Positions 1 to 9,921 of a stretch of 64,000 bases of DNA are shown here, piece after piece. This DNA is from Thermoanaerobaculia bacterium. Its GTDB lineage: Bacteria; Acidobacteriota; Thermoanaerobaculia; UBA5066. The notes beneath the pieces are model-generated. The model did not search any database. It was not told the DNA's origin and saw only the letters and a list, made by a program, of their open reading frames with translations. The position numbers and the translations under genes were made by a program. The stretch covers positions 544,001 to 608,000 of the forward strand of contig CAVRAY010000002.1 of the NCBI GenBank assembly GCA_963719225.1, read 5' to 3'. The stretch's first letter is position 1; every line of letters begins with the position of its first letter.

Positions 1-276
1 AGCGTCCTGTCCCGCAAAGAAGCCCTCGCGAGTCCGTGTTCCGTTGATCAGGAACCCGTCGTGGCTGCGTTTGCCCGTCGAGAGGTTTATCCCATACCAC
101 TCAGGATCGTCAGGAACATAGAGAACCGTTGTGTCAGCGTCGACCGTCCTGATCTCGATGGTCACATGACTGTCTGAATCGCACGATATGAAGTGAGCCG
201 TCGTGGTGTAGCCTCGCGATTCGGCATGAAGGCGTTGGTGTCGCTTGCCTCTATTGGGTGCCGGCGAAGTCTTCAC
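1..276 (-). CDS. partial hypothetical ORF running off the window start
   Basis: Manually translated open frame from GTG at 276 (VKTSPAPN...FFAGQDA) with no stop before position 1; no motif recognised. Confidence 0.3.
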   Translation of the reverse strand, partial: MKTSPAPNRGKRHQRLHAESRGYTTTAHFISCDSDSHVTIEIRTVDADTTVLYVPDDPEWYGINLSTGKRSHDGFLINGTRTREGFFAGQDA

Positions 277-363
277 TTGGCGCTCCGCGATGCGGCGCGC
301 TCGCGATGAAGGACGTGTCCTCCTGAGGGCGGGCACCAGTGTTTCATGCAGGGCCCCTCTTAT

Positions 364-448
364 ATCTAACGATACCGAGTTCACCGGGGAGCGCAAGTAG
401 AGTGAACTGCGGGGGTGCACTCCGCAAGGCCGAGGCGGAGGTTGGGGC
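364..448 (-). other. degenerate integron attC-like site
   Basis: Minus strand reads GCCCCAAC...GAGTGCACC...CCGGTGAACTCGGTATCGTTAGAT: GTTRRRY core, near inverse core and imperfect inner inverted boxes. Confidence 0.35.
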
Positions 449-459
449 CAGAAGGCATA

Positions 460-1293
460 GGCCGCCGCGCGTCTGAACAAGTCACAGCCGGCCGTGACGA
501 TGACGGTGAAGGCTCTGGAGCGGGAGATGGGTGTGCCCCTCTTTGCGCGGGAGGGCCGCGGAAAGAGGCTGACGGCGGCGGGAGCGAGGCTGGCCGCGAA
601 GGCCGCGGGCATCCTGGAGGGCGCGCGGCGATTGAAGGAGGATGTCGCCGGAGAGCCGGAGGTGCCCCGGGGGCCCGTGCGGGTGGGGGCCGGGGAGGCC
701 GCCATCGTCTACTTCCTGCTTCCGCTTCTTCGAAGGATTCGCGAGGCGTACCCGTCCCTGGCTCTCGAGGTGCGAAACCAGCGCGACATGGAGTCGTTCG
801 ATCAGTTGCTCGCGGGCGAGCTGGACCTGGCGGTTCGGTCCCGGGAGGCGCTGCCGCACGGTTTGAGGTTCGAGCCGCTGTTCGCGTCGGATCGAATGCT
901 GATCGTGCCGCGTGGTCACGAGCTGGCGGGGAAGAAGCGCCCGACGCTCAGAGACCTCGCTCGCCATGCGTTCGTGATCCCCCCGGCGGGTTCGACGTCG
1001 CGCCGCCTGATCGAGGCCGCGTTCCTGCGGGCCGGCCTGAGGCTGGAGATCGCGATGGAGGCGGGAGGCTGGGAGATCGTGAAGCGCCTGGTGCGGGCAG
1101 GGGTGGGCGTGGCGGTGGTTCCTCGATTCTGTTGGAGGCTCCTGATCTCAGGAGCGGTGGCGATTCCGGCGGGGCATCTCTTCCCTCCGGATGTCCATGG
1201 GCTGGTGACGCGGGAGGGCACCGGCGCCTCATCCGCAACGGCCGCCGTGACGCGGGTGCTGGAGGAGGCGGGGAGGAGGGTGGGGTAGGGGGG
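460..1293 (+). repeat. LysR-gene-derived array repeat, copy 1 (longest; lacks start of HTH; ORF 494-1288)
   Basis: AAARLNKSQPAVTMTVKALEREMGVPLFAR...LTAAG LysR HTH plus substrate-binding domain (GELDLAV, GVGVAVVP); no N-terminal start; ends in GGGGAGGAGGGTGGGGTAGGGGGG. Confidence 0.93.
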
Positions 1294-1304
1294 CTTTACA
1301 TGAC

Positions 1305-1332
1305 TTGCGAGTATACGCAGAATGCGTATACT
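1305..1332 (+). promoter_or_regulatory. TA promoter with palindromic operator
   Basis: TTGCGA-16-TATACT; perfect inverted repeat GTATACGCA-gaa-TGCGTATAC at 1311-1331; GTG start 7 nt after -10. Confidence 0.7.
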
Positions 1333-1339
1333 TTCAGGC

Positions 1340-1683
1340 GTGAAAGGCGTGTTCGTCGAGCTGCCCGCCTTCGAACGACATCGGACGAATTACCTCGATG
1401 ACGAGGCGTTCCGGAGCCTCCAGAGCCTTCTCATGAAGGATCCGTCGGCGGGCGACCCGATCCCGGGGACCGGAGGCCTGCGAAAACTTCGCTTCGCCGA
1501 TGTGCGGCGGGGAAAAGGAAGCGAGGCGGGCTCAGGGTGATCTATTACTGGTGGCAGGCCGGGCTGCAGTTCTGGCTCTTCACCATCTACGCCAAGGACG
1601 AGATGTCGGACTTGACCGCGGCCCAGCGCGAAGCGCTGAAGAGAATGATCAAGGCGGAACTGGAAGCAAGGAGAACGTCATGA
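1340..1683 (+). pseudogene. higB: HigB2/RelE-family toxin, frameshifted near 1515-1520
   Basis: FVELPAF...GDPIPGTGGLRKLRF then, in a shifted frame, KRGGLRVIYYWW...LFTIYAKDEMSDLT; one base missing in GGAAAAGGAAGCG. Confidence 0.85.
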
Positions 1684-2027
1684 AGATCGAAGGCGGAGGC
1701 AGGCGGGCGCGTTCGGGCAAGCGCGACCTGTTCGTCGAGCTGAGCGAGGGAGTCGCCGCTCTCACCGAAGCGCGTGAGGGGAAGCGGACGCTGCGATCTC
1801 ACACGGTCGAGTACAAGCCGGCGCCAAAGGTGACACCACAGGAGTTGATTCGCGTTCGCGAGCACCTGAACCTGTCGCGCGCCCTCTTTGCCGTCTATCT
1901 GCGGACCAACGTGCGAACTCTGGAGAACTGGGAGCAGGGCCGCGCCAAGCCGAATGCGCAGGCGGCTCTTCTGATCAACCTGGTCAAGAAGTACCCGGAC
2001 ACGGTCGAGCGGCTCGCAGCGATCTGA
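1680..2027 (+). CDS. higA: HigA2-type XRE HTH antitoxin
   Basis: ATGA overlap with toxin stop; IRVREHLNLSRALFA...RTLENWEQGRAKP HTH. Confidence 0.88.
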   Translation: MKIEGGGRRARSGKRDLFVELSEGVAALTEAREGKRTLRSHTVEYKPAPKVTPQELIRVREHLNLSRALFAVYLRTNVRTLENWEQGRAKPNAQAALLINLVKKYPDTVERLAAI

Positions 2028-2062
2028 TCAGGAGCCTTAGCCGGTAAGCTTGACCCTGGGCA

Positions 2063-2995
2063 ATGAGCTACGACCTTTTCTTCCGGTTTCGTCCCGGCGC
2101 ACTTCACGCCTCCGCCAGCGAGATCCTGGACTTCTTCAAATCGCGTCCCGGATATGAGTGCTCCGAGACGCAGGCCTGGTACTCGAACGAAACGACGGGC
2201 GTCTATTTCTCGTTCGAGATTGAGGAACGGGGAACTGCGGAAGAGGCGGGCGAGCAGTTCGACGAGGAAGCACCTCCGCCAGATCCTGACGCGGCGCCCG
2301 TTTCCTTCAACATCAACTACTACCGCCCGCACTTCTTCGGGCTGGAGGCCGAGCCGGAGCTGACGCTGTTCGTGAAGCTCTTCGACCTGCTCGTGTCCGA
2401 CCCGCAGGTCAGCGGGATGGGCGATGGGGAGTACACGCCAGAAGGATTCTTGGCGGGCTGGAACGCAGGAAACGTCGTCGGATATCGCGCCGCTGCTGCG
2501 TCAATCGAGGACGAAAAACCTCACCTTCTGCCCACCGCGGTACTGGAGCGGATCTGGCGTTGGAACTACACCCGCCCCAATCGCGCGGAGGCGCTCGGCG
2601 AGGAGACATACGTGCCCCGGATCTTCCACTTCCAGAAAGACGGCCAGCTGCAGTCGGGCATCGTATGGGGCGATGCGATGCCTATCCTGATTCCGCGGGT
2701 CGACCTGATCCTTGCCCCTCGCGAAAAACTAGCCCCTCGCAGGTTCTTCAAGGCGCAAGAGGACAAGGTGCTGTGCACATGGGGCGAGATCGAGCCGCTC
2801 CTCACGACGTTTCCTCAGGTGAACGACTATCTGCCGGCTTGGCGTCTTTCCTATCGGGAGATTCCGCGGGCCATCGAGGCGTTCTTCCGCTCGCATGAGC
2901 CGCTCCTTGATACGTCGGCAGGCATGAAGATCGTCGCGATGGACCTCGTGCTGAACGCGGAGATCTATGAAGAGGCGCGAAAGCCTCGCACCTAG
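2063..2995 (+). CDS. hypothetical protein (cassette cargo)
   Basis: 310-aa ORF with protein-like composition; stop lies 1 nt before repeat copy 2. Confidence 0.8.
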   Translation: MSYDLFFRFRPGALHASASEILDFFKSRPGYECSETQAWYSNETTGVYFSFEIEERGTAEEAGEQFDEEAPPPDPDAAPVSFNINYYRPHFFGLEAEPELTLFVKLFDLLVSDPQVSGMGDGEYTPEGFLAGWNAGNVVGYRAAAASIEDEKPHLLPTAVLERIWRWNYTRPNRAEALGEETYVPRIFHFQKDGQLQSGIVWGDAMPILIPRVDLILAPREKLAPRRFFKAQEDKVLCTWGEIEPLLTTFPQVNDYLPAWRLSYREIPRAIEAFFRSHEPLLDTSAGMKIVAMDLVLNAEIYEEARKPRT

Positions 2996-2996
2996 C

Positions 2997-3524
2997 GGCG
3001 TACCCGTCCCTGGCTCTCGAGGTGCGAAACCAGCGCGACATGGAGTCGTTCGATCAGTTGCTCGCGGGCGAGCTGGACCTGGCGGTTCGGTCCCGGGAGG
3101 CGCTGCCGCACGGTTTGAGGTTCGAGCCGCTGTTCGCGTCGGATCGAATGCTGATCGTGCCGCGTGGTCACCTTAGAAACCCCTCGCTCGCCATGCGTTC
3201 GTGATCCCCCCGGCGGGTTCGACGTCGCGCCGCCTGATCGAGGCCGCGTTCCTGCGGGCCGGCCTGAGGCTGGAGATCGCGATGGAGGCGGGAGGCTGGG
3301 AGATCGTGAAGCGCCTGGTGCGGGCGGGGGTGGGCGTGGCGGTGGTTCCTCGATTCTGTCTGGAGGCTGCTGATCTCAGGAAGCTGGTGGCGATTCCGGC
3401 GGGGCATCTCTTCCCTCCGGATGCTTATGGGCTGGTGACGCGGGCGGGCACCGGCGCCTCATCCGCAACGGCCGCCGTGACGCGGTTGCTAGAGGAGGCG
3501 GGGAGGAGGGTGGGGTAGGGGGGG
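2997..3524 (+). repeat. LysR-derived repeat copy 2
   Basis: Near identical to 746-1293; internal deletion variant ggtcaccttagaaacccctcg at about 3170. Confidence 0.95.
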
Positions 3525-3529
3525 CGGGG

Positions 3530-3841
3530 CTATCTGGCCACGGCCCGGGCGATCTCTCGAGGCCGTTTCCCGGTGGCGAGAAGCGACCGAACGATGAGAT
3601 CGAGGCTGACCTGCGCGTCAGCGGCCTCCATCTTCGCGACTCGGGACTGGCTCGAGCCCAGCTTCGAGGCGAGCGCCGTCTGGGACAGCCCCTTCTTCAA
3701 GCGCGCCTTCTTGAGTTCGCGAGCGAGGCTGAGCTTGATCTCGATGTAGGCCGATTCCTCGGGGGTCAGGCCGAGGAAGGTCTCGGCGGATCCGAATGTC
3801 CAGCCCTTCTTCGTGAGGCGAGCCTTCTTCGTCTTGTCCAT
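3530..3841 (-). CDS. XRE HTH antitoxin
   Basis: ELKKARLKKGLSQTALASKLGSSQSRVAKME HTH; follows toxin. Confidence 0.88.
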   Translation of the reverse strand: MDKTKKARLTKKGWTFGSAETFLGLTPEESAYIEIKLSLARELKKARLKKGLSQTALASKLGSSQSRVAKMEAADAQVSLDLIVRSLLATGKRPREIARAVAR

Positions 3842-3845
3842 CTGA

Positions 3846-4178
3846 TTACTCCCTGTCCCATGCCGCGAGGCGCTGCGCGCAGGCGGCGATCACGGCTTTC
3901 GGCGTGCGTTGAGTGCCCTTCTTCTCGACTCCCAGTACCACGATCGCGTCATGCCGAACTGCATAGAAGATCCGCCAGTCGACGTTCCCGTCGGGCACTC
4001 GGAGCTCGTGGCAACCCTTCCCGATCCCCGGCATCGGTCGAGAATCCGGCAGCGAAAGCACGTCCCCCTGCTGAAGGCCCCTCAAGAGGTATCCGGCACG
4101 AACCCGCCCCTCCTTCGAAAAGGGCGGAGACTTGATTCCACCGTGCATCCACGCGAGGGGTTTCTCGGGGAGCTTCAT
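3846..4178 (-). CDS. RelE/ParE-superfamily (Gp49/DUF891-like) toxin
   Basis: SPPFS...SRPMPGIGKGCHELRV...WRIFY...KKGTQRTP motifs. Confidence 0.85.
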   Translation of the reverse strand: MKLPEKPLAWMHGGIKSPPFSKEGRVRAGYLLRGLQQGDVLSLPDSRPMPGIGKGCHELRVPDGNVDWRIFYAVRHDAIVVLGVEKKGTQRTPKAVIAACAQRLAAWDRE

Positions 4179-4191
4179 TTCACCCGGAACG

Positions 4192-4230
4192 AGATTAGGG
4201 TGATTAGTGGTCTATGTCAAGACTGACATA
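4192..4230 (-). promoter_or_regulatory. sigma70 promoter with operator palindrome
   Basis: Minus strand TTGACA-17-TAATCT; TATGTCA-agac-TGACATA inverted repeat at 4213-4230 covers the -35. Confidence 0.75.
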
Positions 4231-4231
4231 T

Positions 4232-4569
4232 GTCCCCGGAGGTGCTGCCGCACGGTTTGAGGTTCGAGCCGCTGTTCGCGTCGGATCGAATGCTGATCGT
4301 GCCGCGTGGTCACGAGCTGGCGGGGAAGAAGCGCCCGACCCTCAGAGACCTCGCTCGCCATGGGTTCGTGATCCCCCCGGCGGGTTCGACGTCGCGCCGC
4401 CTGATCGAGGCCGCGTTCCTGCGGGCCGGCCTGAGGCTGGAGATCGCGATGGAGGCGGGAGGCTGGAGATCGTGAAGCGCCTGGTGCGGGCAGGGGTGGG
4501 CGTGGCGGTGGTTCCTCGGCCGCCGTGAGGAGGGTGCTGGAGGAGGCGGGGAGGAGGGTGGGGTAGGGG
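4232..4569 (+). repeat. LysR-derived repeat copy 3
   Basis: Matches 838 onward of copy 1; private deletion at about 4517 (gttcctc/ggccgccgtg). Confidence 0.95.
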
Positions 4570-4575
4570 TGGCTG

Positions 4576-4788
4576 TTAGGCGTAGGCGAGGCGGCCGCGG
4601 GCCTCGGGAATGGGTCGCCCGAGCGACTTTGCGGTCTCGATCCACTCGCGAATGACTACCTCGGCGGCCGCGAGAGCCTCGGCGTAGGACGCACCATCGG
4701 CCATGCAGCCCGGCAGCTCGGGAACCTCGGCGACGAACGCCTCGTCCTCTTTGCTCCAGTAGATGATGACTTCGTACTTGGGGCTCAT
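4576..4788 (-). CDS. hicB: HicB-family antitoxin
   Basis: YEVIIYWSKED...VPELPGCMADG...EAL...GRPIP. Confidence 0.9.
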   Translation of the reverse strand: MSPKYEVIIYWSKEDEAFVAEVPELPGCMADGASYAEALAAAEVVIREWIETAKSLGRPIPEARGRLAYA

Positions 4789-5039
4789 AGCGCACCTGAA
4801 AGTTTATACCGGACGAGAATCGATCGCACCTGCTTGACCTGATAAGGCTTAGCTTTCGAACCCTTGGGCTGAATGTTGAGGATCTCGACGACCCCGTCCT
4901 TCGTGAAGATGTGATGGCTGCCTCGGGTGCGACTCTCGAACCCGAGTTCCTCGAGGAGAGCGCAGAGATCTGAGAAGCGGATGTTTGCGTCCGAGGCTCC
5001 GGTCAGGATCTGCTCCAGAAGCCGGCTGTGCCGAGTCAC
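4785..5039 (-). CDS. hicA: HicA-family toxin
   Basis: IRFSDL...LGF...RGSHHIF...KAKPYQVKQV; leaderless GTG 6 nt after TAGCGT. Confidence 0.9.
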   Translation of the reverse strand: MTRHSRLLEQILTGASDANIRFSDLCALLEELGFESRTRGSHHIFTKDGVVEILNIQPKGSKAKPYQVKQVRSILVRYKLSGAL

Positions 5040-5143
5040 GGGAGAACGCTAGCACGCCGAGCGACTCGCGAGCCGGCGCCGGAGGGGCTGGACTTGCCCC
5101 GATTTCGGGCGATAGGATTTGCCTCGCCAACCGGGGGTACATC

Positions 5144-7001
5144 GATGACGCGGTCGCTCATATCGGCCTTGGCTTCGCTTCTCCTCGCAGTGGATGTCCG
5201 GGCGGCCGACCCCCGCTGGACGGTCGAATTCAAGGAAGGCGCGCGCACCTTCCTCACGGCGACGGGCCTCGAGGTCGGACAGAAGACAACTCCGGGCGCG
5301 ACGATCGCGGGATACCTCGTCGTCAAGCTGCCAGCCGACGTCGACCCCGCCACCACGAACCGCGGCGTGTTTCTCGGCCGCGTGCGTGTGCCCGAGCGGC
5401 GTGTCACTTGGCTGAAAGGGGACGAGTTTGCGGCCGGTGCGCTGCTGCCCGCGCAGCACCTCATCGCCGTCACTCCCAACGCCGGCTTCGAGCCCGGGTT
5501 GTGGGCGGTGAAGGTCCGCGACACCGTCAAGGACCGCAACGGGCGCCCGGTCAATCCCACGAACGCCACGTGGACGGTCGAGATCGGGGAACCGCGTGTA
5601 CGGCCGGACGAAAGCGGCCCGGCTCGTAACACGCTGAAGCTGAAGTTCACGACCGAGGTCGATCCGGCGACGTACGCGGACGGGATCGTCGTGGAGAAGC
5701 AGGTCGCGGGAGGCTGGGAGGAGGAGCCGCGGGGCAGCGCGACGATCGCGCCGCGGGAGCACGGCGGGTCGGTCAACGAGATCGGTCTCCGGCCCCTCGG
5801 CGGGTGGGAACGTGGGGCGACGTACCGCGTGCGCGTCACGGAGGCAATCCGCGACCTTCGTGGGCTCCCCCTGACGAACGCCGAAGACTTCAGCTTTGTT
5901 GTGCCGAAGTCCGGGCCGTTCGACACGCGTCACGAGCCGCGGCGGCCGGTGGCGCAGGCGAGTGCACAGGCGGCCTCTGCAGGGCCGGCGTTCCCGGGCG
6001 GGCAGGCGCTGGGCTGGCACGGGCACTGGACCGACCCCGTCACCGGGCTCATCTACATGCGCCACCGCTGGTACGACCCGCGGACGGGGACGTTCCTGTC
6101 GCCGGATCCGCTCGAAGACATCGACTCGCCGAACCAGTACCTGTTCGGCGCGGGCAGGCCGCACGAGGTGGTGGATCCGCTGGGGCTGTGTCTAGGTCTG
6201 GACAAGGAAGGGCGCCCCTGCGGTTACTACGCTGACAGGATCGACGACTACCTAGTCGAGACGGCGAAGCTGCGAAGAGACCGAACCGGGGTTCCACTGG
6301 CCCTCGATCGTCTGCTGCTCAGTCCGGTCACGGGGATTCTGCGACTCGGCGAGGCGCAGGGTCGACTCGGCTATCGATACGCCGAGGCTTTGACCAATCC
6401 CAGGGTCGCCCTGCCGCCAGGCGCGACCGTCACGAGCGAGACGAACGAGGTCGGAGCCGACCTGCTTCAGGCTGCCGGCGACGCAGCGCTGCTGGCGCCG
6501 CTGACGAGGGGCCTGGTTGGCATGCGCACCGCTGCCTCGCCTGCCGCTTTAGTCCCCATTGCGGAGTCGATGCGTCCGTCTCTGCCGGTGCTGAACCCGC
6601 ATTTCACCCCCGACCCAAAGGCGGTGTTGCAGAACCTGGCCACCTTCCAGAACGCACGGCTTGCTGCGAATCCGGCGCTCGCAGAAACGGTCCTGACACG
6701 CCCGGAGTACGCTGCCGCCACGAAGAACATCGGCATCGCGCGGATGGAGTGGGGGAACGCGGTTGAACGGCTAATGGCGGGAGAGGTTCGTGAGCAGCCC
6801 TCACTCAGATCTATGTTCGAACACCAGGGCGGACCAAACAGGCCAGATTTCATAGGAAGAGGCGCCTTCGATGGGCTGAAATTCGAGGTGACGACACCCG
6901 GACAAGTACGGGCGCACTTGGCTCGGCCCCGATACGGACTAGGATTGAATGTAGTCACCTACCAGAGGCCCGCGGGCTTTACTCTATTCCCGCCACAATG
7001 A
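5144..7001 (+). CDS. secreted Ig-domain mini-Rhs polymorphic toxin 1 with putative nuclease C-terminus
   Basis: Signal peptide MTRSLISALASLLLA..VRA; Big_5-like Ig segments; Rhs core DPVTGLIYMRHRWYDPRTGTFLSPDP...NQY...DPLGL; CT with RPDF..FEVTT..H. Confidence 0.85.
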
Positions 7002-7690
7002 GGGTATTCGAAGGGCGCGAATTTCGTTCCTTTTACGACGATGGGGACTCGCTCTTCGAGGACATCGAGTTCCGGCGATGCTCCTTCATCAGTTCGGCGA
7101 TCTCGATCACGAGAAACCCCGGTCGAAGGTCGACGGCTCGACGTTGTCGTGTCATTTCGTGTGAACAGCGAGGGTGCGCGATCGATACAGCCGTCCTTGA
7201 GGATGTGCTCGTGGACGGATTTCTCACGCATGGCCTCTTGCAGACTTGGGGGGCCGTCTTCAAGCACGTCACGCTTCGGGGCCGGATGGGGCGAATCATG
7301 ACGAGTGACCGCATCGCTACGGGCACCGCTACGGCTGCCGAGCAGAGCGCCTTCGATGAAGCGAACGCTGCCTACTACGCCGCTGTCGATTGGGCCCTGG
7401 ACCTGCGCGAGGCGGAGTTCACAGACGAACCGGACTTCAGGGGCATCCCCGCGAGGCTTGTCATCCGAGACCCTGATTCACAGGTTGTGGTGACGCGAGA
7501 GAGGGCGATGCAGGGGACGTGGAGGCAGGTCGACCTCTCGGGCACCTCCTGGGAGGCGTACATCCAGGGAATGCTGAGGGACGGCTATCCCGACGTCATC
7601 CTCGTCGCACCTAAGCGGAGTCGGAAGTTCCGGGACCTGCTCAATGGGCTCATGAGACTGAAAGACGCCGGCGTTACGGAACCGTATTGA
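6998..7690 (+). CDS. probable cognate immunity protein (beta-helix-like N-terminus)
   Basis: ATGA overlap with the toxin stop; FEDIEFRRCSF repeat-like pattern. Confidence 0.7.
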   Translation: MRVFEGREFRSFYDDGDSLFEDIEFRRCSFISSAISITRNPGRRSTARRCRVISCEQRGCAIDTAVLEDVLVDGFLTHGLLQTWGAVFKHVTLRGRMGRIMTSDRIATGTATAAEQSAFDEANAAYYAAVDWALDLREAEFTDEPDFRGIPARLVIRDPDSQVVVTRERAMQGTWRQVDLSGTSWEAYIQGMLRDGYPDVILVAPKRSRKFRDLLNGLMRLKDAGVTEPY

Positions 7691-8088
7691 TGGCATCGAG
7701 GATCATCGCGCACCGTGTGGAACTGCCGGGAGAAGGAATCCACGAAGTCTCCCTCGAGGCCTCGGACCACGGCCTTGTCATCGACGTCAACGCATCCACG
7801 GCCTACCACTACATCACGAACCGGGACTTCTCCGAGATCTTCGACGCACTGCACCTATACGATCGCGGCACCGCTGATGAGCTTCAGGGCGGAGAGTCAG
7901 CGTTCGTCGTGTGGTCGCCCGAACTCCAACGAGCCGGCGTCTTCTATCGGGGCAGGTTTCAGGCCGCTGTGGACTTTGAACGACACGAGGCGCGCTGCCG
8001 CAGCGGGTTTCCGACGTTGCCAAACACTCCGTGGCTTCGATCGGGCCACGGGTGGGACGATGAGCTCGTAAAGGGGCTGGAACCCTGA
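7687..8088 (+). CDS. DUF2251-like protein, possible orphan immunity gene
   Basis: DALHLY...WSPE...AAVDF...CRSGFP motif pattern. Confidence 0.65.
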   Translation: MMASRIIAHRVELPGEGIHEVSLEASDHGLVIDVNASTAYHYITNRDFSEIFDALHLYDRGTADELQGGESAFVVWSPELQRAGVFYRGRFQAAVDFERHEARCRSGFPTLPNTPWLRSGHGWDDELVKGLEP

Positions 8089-8113
8089 ATTTACAGACCC
8101 CCAGCAGGCCTGC

Positions 8114-8953
8114 GTGGCTCAGTCTAGATCCGCTCTTCACGAAATGAACGGTCTGACGGATCTCGGCGCCTCCATCGCGATGAATGGCACGCCGGCCGTG
8201 CAGCAGGTCAGATTTCCCGGAAGGTTTCGTTGGACCAGGCGGCTGAACGTAAACCGCTTGTTTGACGACGTGGACCTTGGTGATGTGCATGGCCGCCCAC
8301 GGCTCTGGGGCCATGTCTCATTTGAAGGCTGTGCCTTTCGGGGCGTGACGCTGGACGGGGCGCGGCTCGAACGAGCGTCGTTCACGGGATGCCGATTTGA
8401 GCGTGTCAGATTCGGGCATCGCCTGATGGGGCTTATCAAAGGCTGTACGTTTGAGCACTCGACGTTCTCGGAGGTGGCGTTCGGTGGGGCCCAGATCATT
8501 GATTCCGGCTTTGCGTCATGCGAATTTGACCGAGTGGATGCGAGAGACCTCATGTTTCGGCAGACTCATATTCAGGGGCTCACGCTATCTGGCAACGTTT
8601 CGTCCTGCAACTTAGTCGACTGCACTGTGTCGGAGCTCGACGCCGGCAGAGCCTACGTTGAAGACCTCGGAATCGTCGGGGGCAGCCTGAGGGACGTGAC
8701 TTGGCCGCACCACGACTCGAACTTCGCGGTAGCCCCGTCCTCATTGATCGAGGTAATGGCAGAGGTGGAGCCGAAGCTCCGATTGGAGTCCCGGGCCCGC
8801 TACGAGGAAATGGCGCGTCTGTATTCCGCGTCATCGAGTCCGGTCGTGATGATTGCGAAGTCGGGCGTTAGGGAAATGACTGACGTGGAGTCGGACGCGG
8901 TCATAGGGGCTCTTCGGCGTTTCGGAGTCTCAAAGTCACCCGAGCCCAAGTGA
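8114..8953 (+). CDS. pentapeptide-repeat protein, possible orphan immunity gene (start uncertain)
   Basis: SFEGCAFRGVTLDGARLERASFTGCRFERVRF repeats. Confidence 0.7.
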   Translation: MAQSRSALHEMNGLTDLGASIAMNGTPAVQQVRFPGRFRWTRRLNVNRLFDDVDLGDVHGRPRLWGHVSFEGCAFRGVTLDGARLERASFTGCRFERVRFGHRLMGLIKGCTFEHSTFSEVAFGGAQIIDSGFASCEFDRVDARDLMFRQTHIQGLTLSGNVSSCNLVDCTVSELDAGRAYVEDLGIVGGSLRDVTWPHHDSNFAVAPSSLIEVMAEVEPKLRLESRARYEEMARLYSASSSPVVMIAKSGVREMTDVESDAVIGALRRFGVSKSPEPK

Positions 8954-9059
8954 CGAAGCCAAACGTTCTCACGCAGCACGTTTTCGCGTGCCTTATGCCG
9001 ACGCCTGGACTCGTTGCGCTGCGCTCCGATTTCCGTTCTTGTCCGACGTGAAGACGATC

Positions 9060-9857
9060 CGCGTCTGAACAAGTCACAGCCGGCCGTGACGATGACGGTG
9101 AAGGCTCTGGAGCGGGAGATGGGTGTGCCCCTCTTTGCGCGGGGGCCGCGGAAAGAGGCTGACGGCGGCGGGAGCGAGGCTGGCCGCGAGGGCCGCGGGC
9201 ATCCTGGAGGGCGCGCGGCGATTGAAGGAGGATGTCGCCGGAGAGCCGGAGGTGCCCCGGGGGCCCGTGCGGGTGGGGGCCGGGGAGGGGGACTCGGATT
9301 CGCGAGGCGTACCCGTCCCTGGCTCTCGAGGTGCGAAACCAGCGCGACATGGAGTCGTTCGATCAGTTGCTCGCGGGCGAGCTGGACCTGGCGGTTCGGT
9401 CCCGGGAGGCGCTGCCGCACGGTTTGAGGTTCGAGCCGCTGTTCGCGTCGGATCGAATGCTGATCGTGCCGCGTGGTCACGAGCTGGCGGGGAAGAAGCG
9501 CCCGACGCTCAGAGACCTCGCTCGCCATGCGTTCGTGATCCCCCCGGCGGGTTCGACGTCGCGCCGCCTGATCGAGGCCGCGTTCCTGCGGGCCGGCCTG
9601 AGGCTGGAGATCGCGATGGAAGCGGGAGGCTGGGAGATCGTGCAGCGCCTGGTGCGGGCAGGGGTGGGCGTGGCGGTGGTTCCTCGATTCTGTCTGGAGG
9701 CTGCTGATCTCAGGAAACTGGTGGCGATTCCGGCGGGGCATCTCTTGCCTCCGGATGTCCATGGGCTGGTGACGCGGGAGGGCACCGGCGCCTCATCCGC
9801 AACGGCCGCGGTGAGGAGGGTGCTGGAGGAGGCGGGGAGGAGGGTGGGGTAGGGGGG
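9060..9857 (+). repeat. LysR-derived repeat copy 4
   Basis: Starts cgcgtctgaacaagtcacagcc; frameshifts near 9140; deletion near 9287. Confidence 0.95.
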
Positions 9858-9860
9858 AAG

Positions 9861-9921
9861 CTAAGCGACTTGATAGATGGCGGGCTTGAAGGACGGGGGC
9901 GGTATGGTCTTACCCGCCTCC
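9861..9921 (-). pseudogene. 3' remnant of hicB like 18596-18657
   Basis: EAGKTIPPPSFKPAIYQVA* versus EAGKPIPPPSFKPAIYQVA* at 18596. Confidence 0.8.

Noticed and set aside
8954-9059. Possible attC or RNA element before copy 4
   Set aside because: No convincing RYYYAAC/GTTRRRY pair or long inverted repeat
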